A stretch of DNA of 64,000 nt from Zygnema circumcarinatum SAG 698-1b (Eukaryota > Plantae > Zygnematophyceae): positions 519,492-583,491 of the forward strand of contig CM074822.1 of NCBI GenBank assembly GCA_037447605.1. Reading direction: 5' to 3'. Below the pieces are notes generated by a model. That model was not told the DNA's origin and did no database searches. It was given only the letters and a program-made list of their open reading frames with translations. The position numbers were made by a program, and so were the translations under genes. This document shows, piece after piece, positions 1-11,598 of this stretch (the first letter of the stretch is position 1; each line of letters opens with the position of its first letter).

Positions 1-219
1 CTCTTTCCCCAAGGGTCAAAAACATTTGTCTTCAACGGATAGTTCTAACAACTCGACCGACCTCGATTTAGCCGCTAACGTCCAGTCTGTTCGTACGGTT
101 TATTGCTTTTCCGTACGATTTGTCGCTCAACAAGAGCCTTGCCAGGTGTCAAACGGAAGTAGCTCCGCAATTCACGGTTAGTCACCTGGCAGTCGCTGGC
201 TGAGCCACGTACGTCTATT

Positions 220-660
220 GATACGTGGCGGAATATAATTTGGCCACGTGTCAGAATTGACTGTTGAAATATGGGACTACTTGGGCCACTCCACTGGGAA
301 CCTTTTTTTTTGAAGATCGTCTAATCACAACGTACCACGCGTACACTCTTGCGTACGTGGCAGGATACCATTGGAGGATTTTCCCGAGGGAGGCGGCCCC
401 TTTTTGGAGACGACAAGGGCGCGAGGGCGAGCAGATGACGGAGCCCAGAAGGACCGCATCCAATCAGATCCTGAAACGTGTAACTTGTGTACACGTGGCA
501 CTCTGCCATTGGGTTGGGAGGGAGCAGACGGCCCTTCCTGGAAGGAAACGAGAGGACTTGACCGAACTCAAGGAACAACGTCCAATCGGGACGCGCCACG
601 TGTATATTTCTGCCTACATGGCGATCTCCCATTGGCCAGCACTTTCCCATATTGTATAAA
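220..660 (+). promoter_or_regulatory. G-box/ABRE-rich proximal promoter with TATA box upstream of the lipocalin gene
   Basis: CACGTG at 245, 492 and 597; ACGTGGC at 223, 355 and 493; ATTGG (reverse CCAAT) at 631; TATAAA at 655-660, about 70 nt upstream of ATG 732. Confidence 0.55.
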
Positions 661-731
661 GTAGCAGGAGGAGGTTCAATCTCTGAAAGGGAGGGAGGGG
701 GAGAGAGGAGCAGTTGGCTGAGCTTGAAGCC

Positions 732-3700
732 ATGGCGGCAGCGATGATGGCCCGGAATAGGGTTAGGGTTTTGGTACCCCTTCTGGTGATTTTAGGGCTA
801 CTGCCGCTGCAGAGCGCGCAGGAGACGCAGCTTGGAAAGCAGAGGGGCTTCTGTCAGCGCTACTATGGAGGGAGCACTGCCTGCAGAACGCCTCCCACTG
901 TAGATACTGTGGATCTTTCAGCCTATCTGGTGAGATTAATCTCTTATTTCTATGTATGCTTCTTTTAATAGAGGTGACGCTCTCTGTTCTCGTATCTTAC
1001 TCGCTCCCGGCCATTTTCTCACTCTCCCTCCCTCGGTCTCTGTCGGTCTCTCTCTCCTCACTCTCCCTCGGTCTCTCTCGGTCTCTCTCGGTCTCTCTTT
1101 TGCTCTCTCTCCCTCGGTAACTCTCGGTCTCTCTCTCGCTCTCTCTCTCTCGGTCGCTCTCGGTCTCTCCCTCTCTCTCTCTCTCTCCGTTTCTCTCGCT
1201 TCTTTATTTCTCGCTCCGTCTGATTGCTCTGTGTGTGAAAAGAGCTGACTTTGGACCTTTCTTCTTTTGTAAAAACAGTCAAGCATCTTCCAATGGCGAC
1301 TCGCCACCTCAGCAATTTGGCGCACGTAGCGAATCACCATTGGAAGATGCTTGAATGTAGTCTGCATCGGAAGGCAGCTCATATTGTCTTTGTGATTATT
1401 GGAAAGGCGAGAAACTTATTTCAGACGAAGCGTGACTGAAAAAATGTGAAAAGAAGCTTATACTCTGTTCTTCCGAAAACCTTAAAATTACTTCATACCT
1501 CACCAGCTTGCTCTCCACCTTCAGTTTCAGTTTCAATTTCAATTTCCCTCAGCCCCTTTTTTTTTTTTGCTGCAATGTTGTACTTGCTTTAACTTTCCAC
1601 TTGGAGTGATTAGCACGCACTCGCTTAATCAAACTACCTGGTCCCTTCATTTCCTCTCTCTCTCTCGTTCTCTCTCAAACTCTCTTCTTCTTCCCCTCTC
1701 TCTCCTGTCCCGCTTCCCTCCCTCTCCCTCTCCCTCTCCCTCCCCCTCTGACCGGATACAGCTATTTTCATCTATTTTTTTCTTCTCACGCTCTTTTCAG
1801 TCGTTCATCCTCGTGTTCTCCTTTTTAGGGTTCTCCTCACTCCTTGTCTTGATGCGTGTACTTGGCGCAGGGTACTTGGTACGAGATCGGATCAACGGCT
1901 GACTTTAAGTTTGTTCAAGAGAATGGTTTGATCTGTATCACGGCGAATTATTCCATTATTGGCTATTCCACTGACGGTCTACCGAAAATCAGGTGCGCTT
2001 AACAACCCAGACATTCGATCCCTTCTTTGTGCAAGCAAAAAAAGAAAATGTGAACCTGAAATTGTGCTTTTGATAGGCATCAATAGATCCAAATGCTTAT
2101 ATTCTTCGTCCTAATGCACGACACAGTTGCAAGAAAGACATCACCTCTTATCGCCAGAACTCTTTTGAGTACTCATGACTCATATTTCTTAGGAGGGCAT
2201 TTTATATTTTTTTAATATCTTAAGCGAGTATGAATATATCATAAATTCCCCAACTACCTTGTCCTTGTTGAAATTCAGGGTCATCAACCGTGGGCTGATT
2301 GTAGCCCCTCCAGAATTGCAAGCCGTAGTATCCAACATCTCCACAAATGCAATCTTTGTCACGTCAAGTACTACTGCAATCTGTCGACTATTAAGCAGCA
2401 ATTCCGCCCTCGTTCAAGCCCTTCAGTCGCTGCTTAACTTATCTACAACGTTAGACTCGGAATCTCGCAGTAAGGTGAGCTCCCTCCTCTCCTCCCGCCC
2501 TTCTCCTTCCTCCCTCCTCTCTCCCTCCTCCCTCCTCCCTCCTCCCTCCTCCCTCCTCTCCTTCCGCCCTTCTCCTCCCCTCTCCCTCCTCCCTCCTCTC
2601 CTCTGCTCTTCTCCTTCGTCCCTCCTCTCTCCCTCCTCCCTCCCTCCCCTGCTCCTCCTCTCTCCATCTCCTGCGTCCTGCTCTCCTTCGCTCCTTCTCT
2701 GCTTCCTGCAGATCAGTTGTCGAGAGTATTGACACATATTCAGAACCGTATTTTTGGCAGATTCAAGGCTTCACTTTAGACATAGATAATGCATTGCTCG
2801 AACTTTCCCCGTTGAGCCGAGCTATTTATAAGGACATTCAGACTATTATGTCCGGTACGGATGAGTTGATGACGTTTCGAACACAGAATCAGAGTTTGGT
2901 GACGAGAAGAATCTCCACTCGAGTCGACAAAATTCTCTTGTCTGTAGAAGCGATAAAAAATATCACTCTACGAGTTACAGGGTTGGTAGGGCAGCTTCAA
3001 ACAGTTTCTTCTCTCGACGAGGTATTGACCAATTTAATTTTTTAGTCCTTTGCTTCTGTTAGAATTTGAGGAGGGTATGAAAAAAAATTCATACTGAGGG
3101 GAAGAGGAAAAATTCTACAACATGATGCTGCATGTTTCTCTTTGCCTCACTCCTTTCTGCTTTTCTTCTCAATTTTCCTCTTTCCACTCGTTGTTCCTCC
3201 GCTCTTTCTCTCTCCTCTCCTCTCTCTCTCTCTCTCCTCTCTCACTCCCTTCCAATTATCCCTCCCTCCTCTATCCCCTCTCTGTCGACCGTCTATTCAG
3301 CAGTTCTTTATCTATGCAATTGATCGATCTGAAATTCCAACCATTCATTCATCCATTCATTCTATTCATCCTCTCTCTGCAGGTGAAGAACTCTGCGGCT
3401 ACACTTGCAAAGGTTGCGGGATTTGGAGGTAACATAACCGGTTTAGCATACAGCATTGCTACATTTTCGGGTATCTTGAAAACTGCAGTCGAGGGTTTGA
3501 CTCTACCTGTGACTCCCATCACAGCCCCAACAACTGTAATTGGAACAGCATCCCCAAAATTGGGCGCAGTAAGATTACGATACAAGCTTTTGTTTGCTTC
3601 ATTCATTTTGAATTGTAGTTTCTGTTCATAGAAAGATTCTGTTCATAGAAAAAAGTATCGTTTCTTCGTTTTGTCCCCAACAACTGCAGATACTACATTG

Positions 3701-4213
3701 TTAGCCTCTATGTTTCCGTTCCGTTTTACGTCGGAATATGTGCGAAGCTACAGTTTTCATATTCTTCCTGTTCTTGATGTGTACAGAAGGGAAAACTCGC
3801 AGTGGCTTTTGGACCAGTTCCGGGGCCCTATTGGATTATTGGCCTTTATGGGAACGCAAGTTCAGGCTATGATGAGGCAGTGGTGTACTCGTGTGAGCCT
3901 TCTTTCTTTGCGGCCAACGAGGTACGCTTGTGAAGCACATGGAAACATCAGTTTTCGCTCCCCTCCCCCTCCCCCTCCNNNNNNNNNNTTTCCTTCCTCA
4001 TTCTGACCTCTTCTTGTTGTTGTTTTGGTGTAACAGATAACTATGTATTTGCTGTCCCGAAAACCAACCGTTCCAGCCTCATCGTTTGAGAGGTTCAATG
4101 CTCTTGTGAAGAAGTACCGCCTGTTCGTGGGAGGGAGCAACCCCTTCACTCTTACAGTGCAGGACGAGGCACGCTGTGCTCTGTATCTCAATAGTGTGCA
4201 GTATGGAGGCTGA
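732..4213 (+). CDS. Secreted ApoD-like lipocalin with a ~200-aa helical insertion (7 exons, 424 aa)
   Basis: Exons 732-929, 1871-1992, 2279-2474, 2761-3021, 3383-3568, 3787-3921 and 4037-4213. All introns are GT-AG and phase-compatible (1275 nt). N-terminal hydrophobic signal peptide (VRVLVPLLVILGLLPLQSA). Lipocalin SCR1 VDLSAYLGTWYEIG, then CITANYS, KIRVINRG, KLAVAFGPVPGPYWII, AVVYSC and SCR3 YLLSRKPTV. The exon 4 acceptor at 2760 was chosen on phase. Confidence 0.88.
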
Positions 4214-4419
4214 TTCTTTGAGGCTGCCGCGCAATAAAGAATATGCAGCCCAATAATGGAAGTGTGTTATCCAAAGCAATTCCTGAAGTGAGGCATTTTT
4301 TGGCAATCATGGATAGCATGAAAATTGATAGGAAGAATATCTTCTAGTTTTGTGCGAAGTTGGTTCATAAACATCCATTAATGTCACGGTTTTTATGTTC
4401 TTATGAGGGGTATGGGGAC

Positions 4420-4453
<34 letters not shown>

Positions 4454-4926
4454 NNNNNNNNNNCCCCCCCCCCCCCCCCCCCCCCCACCAACCACGAAAT
4501 TTTTGGACCCTTCCCTGTCAACTAAAAATTAAGCTTCGACCAACAAGTCCCTCTATCTTTGAACAGTTGCCAGTCAAGAATTGCTCGAAGTTCTCTTTGT
4601 CAGAAGGCTGCATTCCATTGCATCGAAGGGTTCCTGGCAAAGCATTTTGTTTTTGTTTTTTCTTTTTAAATAGTTGGTGAAGGCTGTTACAGTGTCTGGC
4701 CAACGGCGAGGCTCGGCTTCAAGCTCTGACGGTAGAAAGTCTCACTGTCCTTCAGCGACATGTCCGCGATGGTGCAAAAGTTTCCAAACCAAGCTGCAAA
4801 GGGAACTCCCTCGGCCCATCCATGGCTGGGCTCTGCTCTATGATCAAAGCCACAGCTTGCTCCCTCCTTCAGCTGCTTAAAAATGGGCTTGCCACAGCAG
4901 CCATTTACTTTATTATATTTATTTAT

Positions 4927-5170
4927 GTCGGACCATTGGACCGGCAACCATTAGCCAACCATTGGGTAGCCAATCCTTGCTGTTCGCAACCATTGGCATA
5001 GGGTTGCCTACCATTGGCGTTCAATGGATACTGCGGCCCGGAGCCAATGCTTAGAAACCAATGATGAATCCAATGGTTGCAACCATTGACAATGGTTGCT
5101 TGGGTCGAAAATCAATGGACAGCCATTGGCGCAATGGTTGGAGGGATCGTTGGTTGACAACCATTGGGAA
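4927..5170. repeat. Dispersed CCATTGG/CCAATGG-rich repeat family, copy 1
   Basis: Begins GTCGGACCATTGG and holds many CCATTG/CAATGG motifs in both orientations. The same end motif recurs at 14068 and 23810, and in reverse at 37555-37565 and ~41125-41135. Confidence 0.7.
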
Positions 5171-5884
5171 TGGGTTATCAACATAATATAATTAGGGAAA
5201 ATGTCATTGAACTTGCAATGGCGAGGCCATCAAATGTACATGGACAAAAGCAAAATGTGGAACCACGAGGGACTGGTCGCAAAGGACCGAAACACAATAA
5301 AACAAGGGAAAATTCTATTCTCACACCTTTTTTGTCTACACGCAGGCCTCTTTTCGCCGGGCAGATTTTAAAATAGCACAAAAAAGGAACACACCTTTCA
5401 CACCTTTTCACCCTTTTTTCTTTCACCTTTTTTTTCACACCTTTTTGGAATCGATACACACCTTTCTCCGTCGGGCAGATTTTACCCCTTCTTGTTTTTT
5501 TCAGAGAAAAAAATATNNNNNNNNNNCGGCCGCTCAGGACTAGTAGCGTGTATCGATTCCAAAAAGATGTGAAAAAAAAGGTGAAAAAAAAGGTGAAAAA
5601 AAAAGGTGTGTTCCTTTTTTGTCTATTTTAAAATCTGCCCGGCGAAATGAGGTCTGTGTGTAGACAAAAAAGGTGTGAGAATAGAATTTTCCTATAATCA
5701 GGTTCTATTTGAGAAAAAAAAAGGATTATGAACGAAAAATGATTTGTTCGCACCTTTTTTGTCTATACACGCTCCTTTTTCCGTCGGGCAGATTTTATTT
5801 TAGAAAAAAAAGGTTTTGAAACCCTAAAAACGCGTCTGCACCACCGCCCACCCCCTGCAAGCAGTTAGCGCAACGCAACAGGAT

Positions 5885-6107
5885 ATGCAGTTCGCTACGC
5901 GGCAGGAGGTGATGGAAGATCTCAAGAACAGCTATAAACAGAGGAGTGGTTTAGTGGCGGGTGGTTTTGAAGTGTGATCGAGGTGGGGAGTATAAGAACC
6001 CTAAAAACTTTACAAATGGAATGCGCCAAAGAAAGACGCACACCAGACGAACTGGGTGTAAGTTTGAGATTGTTTGCTCTTCAATGAAGGGAGTTTGTTA
6101 TTTCTGA
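5885..6107 (+). pseudogene. Frameshifted N-terminal fragment of a MULE/FAR1-type transposase DNA-binding domain
   Basis: Frame A (from 5885) reads MQFATRQEVMEDLKNSYKQRSG. Frame B (from 5961) reads VVLKCDRGGEYKNPKNFTNGMRQRKTHTRRTGCKFEIVC. The CDRGGxY...RxTxTRRTGCxF pattern matches the Mutator/FAR1 WRKY-like zinc-finger region. It stops at 6105-6107. Confidence 0.65.
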
Positions 6108-6959
6108 TGATAAAATGCAGACTTGTGAACAAGGTAATAATTATGCGGTTGTACCAAGTGATGTGATCTTTTAAGCCTTTACTCTTTAGGTGCGTGAATT
6201 CCTTTTCATTCTGTCAATTGTGAAACACATGCAGGCCGTCTATCTCTTCGTTGTGCCTCTTATTTTCACCTAAACTACTGTAGAGTGTGGTTGTTCTTCC
6301 TGTTCAGGTGAGTAAGCAATACTAGCATTACAAGGAGAAATGGAGGAGGAGAAAATAGGAGTTCGAAGGAGAAAGGAGTTCATATCACGGCTGTTGTTTA
6401 AAAATATGGCTCCGTATACCTGCCTAGGCTACGGCTTCAATGAAGGGAGCCATGGTCATGCCAGAGAAATTTCTCGCAAGGAATGTTTATAGAGAGGGCT
6501 CGTAGCTTGTTTCGATTTAATGTAAATTTTTTTTTTTTTGTTTTAATGGAGAGAAAAGGAGGGCCAGCGAGGAAAGTCTAATTCTTTTTCAAGTCAAGAA
6601 GCAGATGGGAGAAGATGAAAGCCACAAGGGCAATTGTTTTGCTTTGTAAAGAGGAGAACCTTTTTGTGTGGAATAACAGTCGAATAATAAGTAATTTGAA
6701 TGAAGAAACTTGTGTACAGGCCTTTGGATCAAAGCCACCTTGAGCTAGCCTGCTTGATGTGGGAAGAGTTTGCAGGCATGTAACGTTTACTTACCATTCA
6801 AACAAAGAACACATGCTAACATTGTGCTTTCTCCTTTTTTTTTTTCACCGAAAATCGATGACCAAACAGTGTCTATGTTCTTTAAGGTCGAGTCTCGTAT
6901 TGGGTCAAAGAGACGAAGAGACTCAAAGAGCTCGCAAAGTTAAACAACATCCCTCAATA

Positions 6960-7116
6960 GGGGGTGTCAGACTTAACAAAATCTTACGAAAAGCGTTACG
7001 AAAAAAAAGGTTACGAAAGTACTCCGCCGCAGGAGGATCGCGATTATACTGGAGTACTCATTCTGATGTCAAACTTACGAACACGCGTACTGAAATTTTT
7101 TAAGTCTGACACCCCC
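6960..7116. mobile_element. TA-flanked MITE nested in the MULE
   Basis: Inverted termini GGGGGTGTCAGACTTAA / TTAAGTCTGACACCCCC with TA on both sides. Shares its terminus and CTTACGAAA motifs with the element at 14788-14986. Confidence 0.75.
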
Positions 7117-8975
7117 TAATTCTTGTGGAATTATAATGCGTTGTTAGGGTTTCAAAACCTTTTTTTTTCAAAATAAAATCTTCCCTATGGAAAAAGGAGC
7201 GTGTATAGACAAAAAAGGTGCAAAAAAATCATTTTTCTAATGCGTTATTAGGGTTTCAAAACCTTTTTTTCTAAAATAAAATCTGCCCGACGGAAAAAGG
7301 AGCGTGTAGTGACAAAAAGGAGCGTGTAGTGACAAAAAAGGTGCGAGAAAATCATATTCGTTCATAATCTTTTTTTTTCTCAAATAGAACCTGCCCGGCG
7401 AAAAAAGGTCTGTGCGTAGACAAAAAAGGTGTGAGAATAGAATTTTCCTAAAACAAGGCTAGGAGCGGAAAACTACGCCTAGGCACAACAACGCAGGCCT
7501 AGAAGCCCTAACGGTTATCAACCGTTAGTTTTCAAAAATCCCAAAACATTCCAACGGTTGGTCCAACTGTTGGTCCAACGGTTGATCCGCTCTGTGCAGG
7601 TCCACGGTCTTTCAAAGTCAAGTGAACAGATTTTATTGGTTTCGGTCATTGCCGCAATAGGCCGTACGGCTAGAAGGCCCCTAACGACAAAGTCTACCGC
7701 CCAACCTCCAGCTGTGGCAGTAGGTCAGCTGACAAAAAACTGACGTGGTTGTGTAGGTAGGTTTTTTGTCGCCAAGTGCACCCCCTCTCCATGTACATGG
7801 ATGTAGTTTTATTCCACTTCCAGTTCATTCGCAGTTTCATTATCCGTAAACATTAGACGGCGCGTATGCATGAACTCTTTTCTTCACATGGAAACGCAGT
7901 CTACAAAATCGACGAGGTGGTCCCCAGTTCGAACGTCTTCAAAAGTCACCTTTTGGATGACTGTACAATACCGTGCAATGCGGTACAATGGAGAACAAGG
8001 CCGTACCCAAAGTGTACGATTTCTGAACAGACCGTATCACACGGACAGCCCGTGCTTTAATGGCGGAGATTCTTCTCCACCCCTAGATGACAAAATAGAG
8101 ATTTGCGACTCTTGCGGTGACCGTACACAAAGCCAATCCTTTTTGGAACTTCTGAATATGCGATGACGTGGCACGATTTTATTTGTCGTTTTAAGTCGTT
8201 CAACTAATCATAACTTGTCACGTCAGCGCACATTAAAAAAGGAAGAACGGTGCCGACATTTTCCCATGTGCTTTAATTCTCGCAAGTGTGAACCGACAAA
8301 CACGTGGCAGTTTATAAGTCGCTATTAAGCAACCCTTTTTCGTAAATGTTTGTCGTCTAGTGAGTTCAAATCGTTGCTCACAAATCCGATCTTCTAGAAC
8401 GGCCTCCTATTTGAAAGTGCCGATATATCGTTTTGCGATACTAAGACGAAAAATCGTATGTATCTCCACGTGGAGATCTGCGACTGGTCGAGAATTTGGA
8501 AACCACGCAGAAGGTAATGCGGAGGAAGCTTCCACGAAGCCAGATTTGTCGGTGGAAACTTTGGGATCGGATTTTTTTATTTTTGTATTTTGTATAATGT
8601 TTTCTTCTTGACCGAAGATAGATGTGCTCCTATCCGCCAATGAACGTGCCGATTGACACGCTTTTAGAGTGTAAAAATAGTATTAAAAATTTCTGCTTGT
8701 ATACCCGTTAATGTCGGGCAGACCGAAAATTCAGAAAAAAATTCCCTACTGTTTCTGGGCCCTACAGGGCCTCTCCTTTCCAAGCTTTTTAAGCCATGGC
8801 GGCTTCGTCTTCCCCTTCTGCTAAGCCCCATCCTCTCACCCTTGAACTCTAAACAGCATAAAAACAACCCGAAACAGCATAATTGGAGGAAACAGGGGCT
8901 AGGAAAGAAAACCCACATTTTAGTTTTCTAATTTAGGCATCAAATTGGTGTGATTTTTGTGGGGGTAGACGAGCC

Positions 8976-9884
8976 ATGGCTTCCAAGATGGAGAAGAGGA
9001 GTGGGGTACTCACTGAAGAGCATGTGCAGGAGCTTTCTTTGACGTTTCAACACTTTGACAGAAACGGAGACGGAAGGATTTCTATGTTGGAGGTGGCAGA
9101 GGTTTTGCAGCGTCTTGGAGAGACGGCGTCGCAGGAGGAGTTGGAAGCCATGGTGAGGCCTCCTCCGGGTGGCAGCTTACTTTTTAACGGATAATTAGGG
9201 TTTTGTAAATTCTGGGTTTCTCTTAAGAGTGAATAGCGGGACATTAATCTCTGTGTTTTGAATTCGATGTTGGTTGTTTTCCGAGGTTTTTGAACTCCTC
9301 GAATCATAGTTACCTTCATAGGTTTGTTTTTTTAGGGTTTGCATGTGGGGGCCTATCTCTTAGTACCTGTAAAGCTGTCTCTCTTTCTGTCTGTCTGTGT
9401 GAGAGCATATCTGTACAGGAAATCGCTGGAAGCATGTTTCGATTTCCTGTAAACTTCCACTCGCTCTGAAATAAAAAAATACATGAAAATTTGATAGCAC
9501 TTTGAAATGCTATAAAGAGAAAACTTATTTCTTTTCGAGGTGGTGTTCCTTCAGATGAATTGTGCAGACATTGACGGCGACGGCTGCATTGACTTGGAGG
9601 AATTCATCTCTCTCCACGAGAGGGCGGCGAGAACGGACACTGAGGAACGGCGAACGGAACTGAAGGCGGTTTTTGCGCTCTTTGATCGCGACGGAAATGG
9701 GAAAATCTGCGCAGAAGAACTGTTCCATGTGATGAGCGGCGTGGAGGGGGCGGAGGTCACTTTGGAGGACTGCTTGGAAATGATTCGAACCGCCGATGTG
9801 AACGGAGACGGGCAGGTCGACTTCTCGGAGTTTGAGCGGCTCATGTGTGCAGACTGCGGCTTCCAGGGCATCTCGGTCTGCTGA
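8976..9884 (+). CDS. CML: Calmodulin-like protein (CML-a), 4 EF-hands, 168 aa
   Basis: Exons 8976-9152 and 9555-9884 (GTGAGG...TTCAG, phase 0). Loops DRNGDGRISMLE, DIDGDGCIDLEE, DRDGNGKICAEE and DVNGDGQVDFSE. Confidence 0.93.
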
Positions 9885-11153
9885 TTTAGGCAGTCAGTCA
9901 GTCAGTCAGTCAGAGGGAGGGGAGAAGAGGGAGAGGAAGGAGTCAGTCAGTCAGTCAGGTGAGTCAGGGGAGGGAGGAAGAAGAAGGAAGAAGAACGAGG
10001 GAAGGGAGAAAGGAAGGGAGAAGGGAAGAAGGGAGAGAAGAGAATGGGAAGGGAGAGGAAGAGGAAGAGGAAGAAGATGGGAAGAAAGGGAGTGGGAGGA
10101 GAGGAGATGGGAGAAGGAGTGGGAGAAGAAAGGAAGTAGAGAAGATCTGATAAACGTATATGACAGAGTAATGCTTGCTCTGTACATCGAGATAAACTGT
10201 AACTTGAGTCGCTTTTTTGGAGCCTATGGGCGGGCTGTAGCATGACTGTACTCTAGTGAGATGTACCAGATAAGATGATAGGCAGTGTTATAAGAGACAT
10301 CATCTGTAGCTGTAGCTGGCTGCTACAGCAACTACTGAAGTCGGGAGGTTGCCATGCCTCTGTGCAGCATCGGCTTAGAAAAAGTACTTTGGGATAAAAA
10401 AAAGTGCTTAAAAAAAAAGAGTAGAAGTGCTTAAAAGTGCTTTGGGATGAGCTGCTGTAAGCTAGTAAGGGCCTTCGTTGTATGGACAGAGGGATGAATT
10501 TCTATGAAGGTTCGATCCCCTCTGATTGAGCTTGCAGTCACTTTGCTCTCAGCTTCAAAGCTTTTAAATTTCAGAACTGTGAAGCAAAAGCAGCGTTACT
10601 ACTACACTCTTAAGGTCAACTAATGGCTATCAATTTTGGAGTAAAGAGGTGGCTATTTGTCAGAATTTAATCGGCAAAGCATGAAACTCAAGGTGGTAAC
10701 TTTTGAGGTCAGTTTTTAGTCTTTTGTTGAAAACAAGCCTCTTGTTTTCAGTAAAGAATTACTCTCCAATTTCAACAATAACTGCATCCAATAGCAACTC
10801 GACACGTGTCCCGTTATGTACACGTCGCGGTTCGCGATTGGAAGATCCTCCCCCATTTTAGGTCGCAATGGATAACGGCCCCTACTTACATGTTCATGCT
10901 ACAGTCCCCGTTTAGCTGCTCAGTGTGTACGGGAACTACAAACCGTAAATCGTACCACGAACTGTATGCAAGTAGAACCGTATGAATGTGTACAGCAGAA
11001 AATGCTCTGTGCACACCTCAAAAAAAAGTCGCCCGGTCGCCGTCAACGGCCGGCCGAGTGCAAAGCGAAAATGCTAAAAAAAAATGCTCCGCGCACACCC
11101 CAGAAAAGTCGCCGGTCGTCGCCGGCCGCCGGTCCTTTCTGGTCTCTCCTTAC

Positions 11154-11528
11154 TAGGGATGGCCCGCGTTATAAATTCCGAATATATTATATAATTTACA
11201 ACGGGTTTACAAATAGTAATATATTACAAAGTAAAACAGTTTATTACATATATTATACCCACTCGTTTTGAACAATTAACGACCGTACGGCCGTACTCGT
11301 ACGGTCATACGGTCGTACCATACCAAAGTTAGGTCGTTTTGGCGTTGGCGTTGCGAAATGCGTCCGTCTGGTTCACACTGTCTTCACCGCATAATACCGT
11401 ACAGTCATACGACCGTACGACCGTACATGTTGTAAAGGCGTTGTAAATTAATATATATCAGCCGTTATCTAGTCGTCACAGTTGTATAATATAATATATA
11501 ATATATAGTCGTAACTAATCCATCCCTA
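11154..11528 (+). mobile_element. hAT-type MITE, copy A
   Basis: Termini TAGGGATGG...CCATCCCTA. Perfect 8-bp TSD CTCCTTAC at 11146-11153 and 11529-11536. Subterminal CCGTAC/CGTACG arrays. Confidence 0.9.
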
Positions 11529-11598
11529 CTCCTTACCTTTTGACTGCCGCCTGGGAGTCTGGGACGCGTTATTTGCCGCCCGGCCAACGCGTCGCCAG

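Larger units (their letters stand above)
5307..7448. mobile_element. Degenerate Mutator-like DNA transposon (MULE)
   Basis: Termini GGAAAATTCTATTCTCACACC...GGTGTGAGAATAGAATTTTCC. Perfect 9-bp direct repeat TAAAACAAG at 5298-5306 and 7449-7457. Long internal inverted arms (~5699-5826 vs ~7248-7390) and a transposase-like fragment inside. Spans an N-gap at 5517-5526. Confidence 0.85.

Noticed and set aside
5527-5547. CGGCCGCTCAGGACTAGTAGC (partial NotI and SpeI sites) interrupting the MULE arm
   Set aside because: It sits at a contig edge beside an N-gap and does not match the TIR consensus. It is most likely a library linker remnant, not biology.
9868-9884. C-terminal prenylation signal in CML-a (…GISVC)
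   Set aside because: Cys is the last residue, so it does not fit CaaX, CC or CxC.
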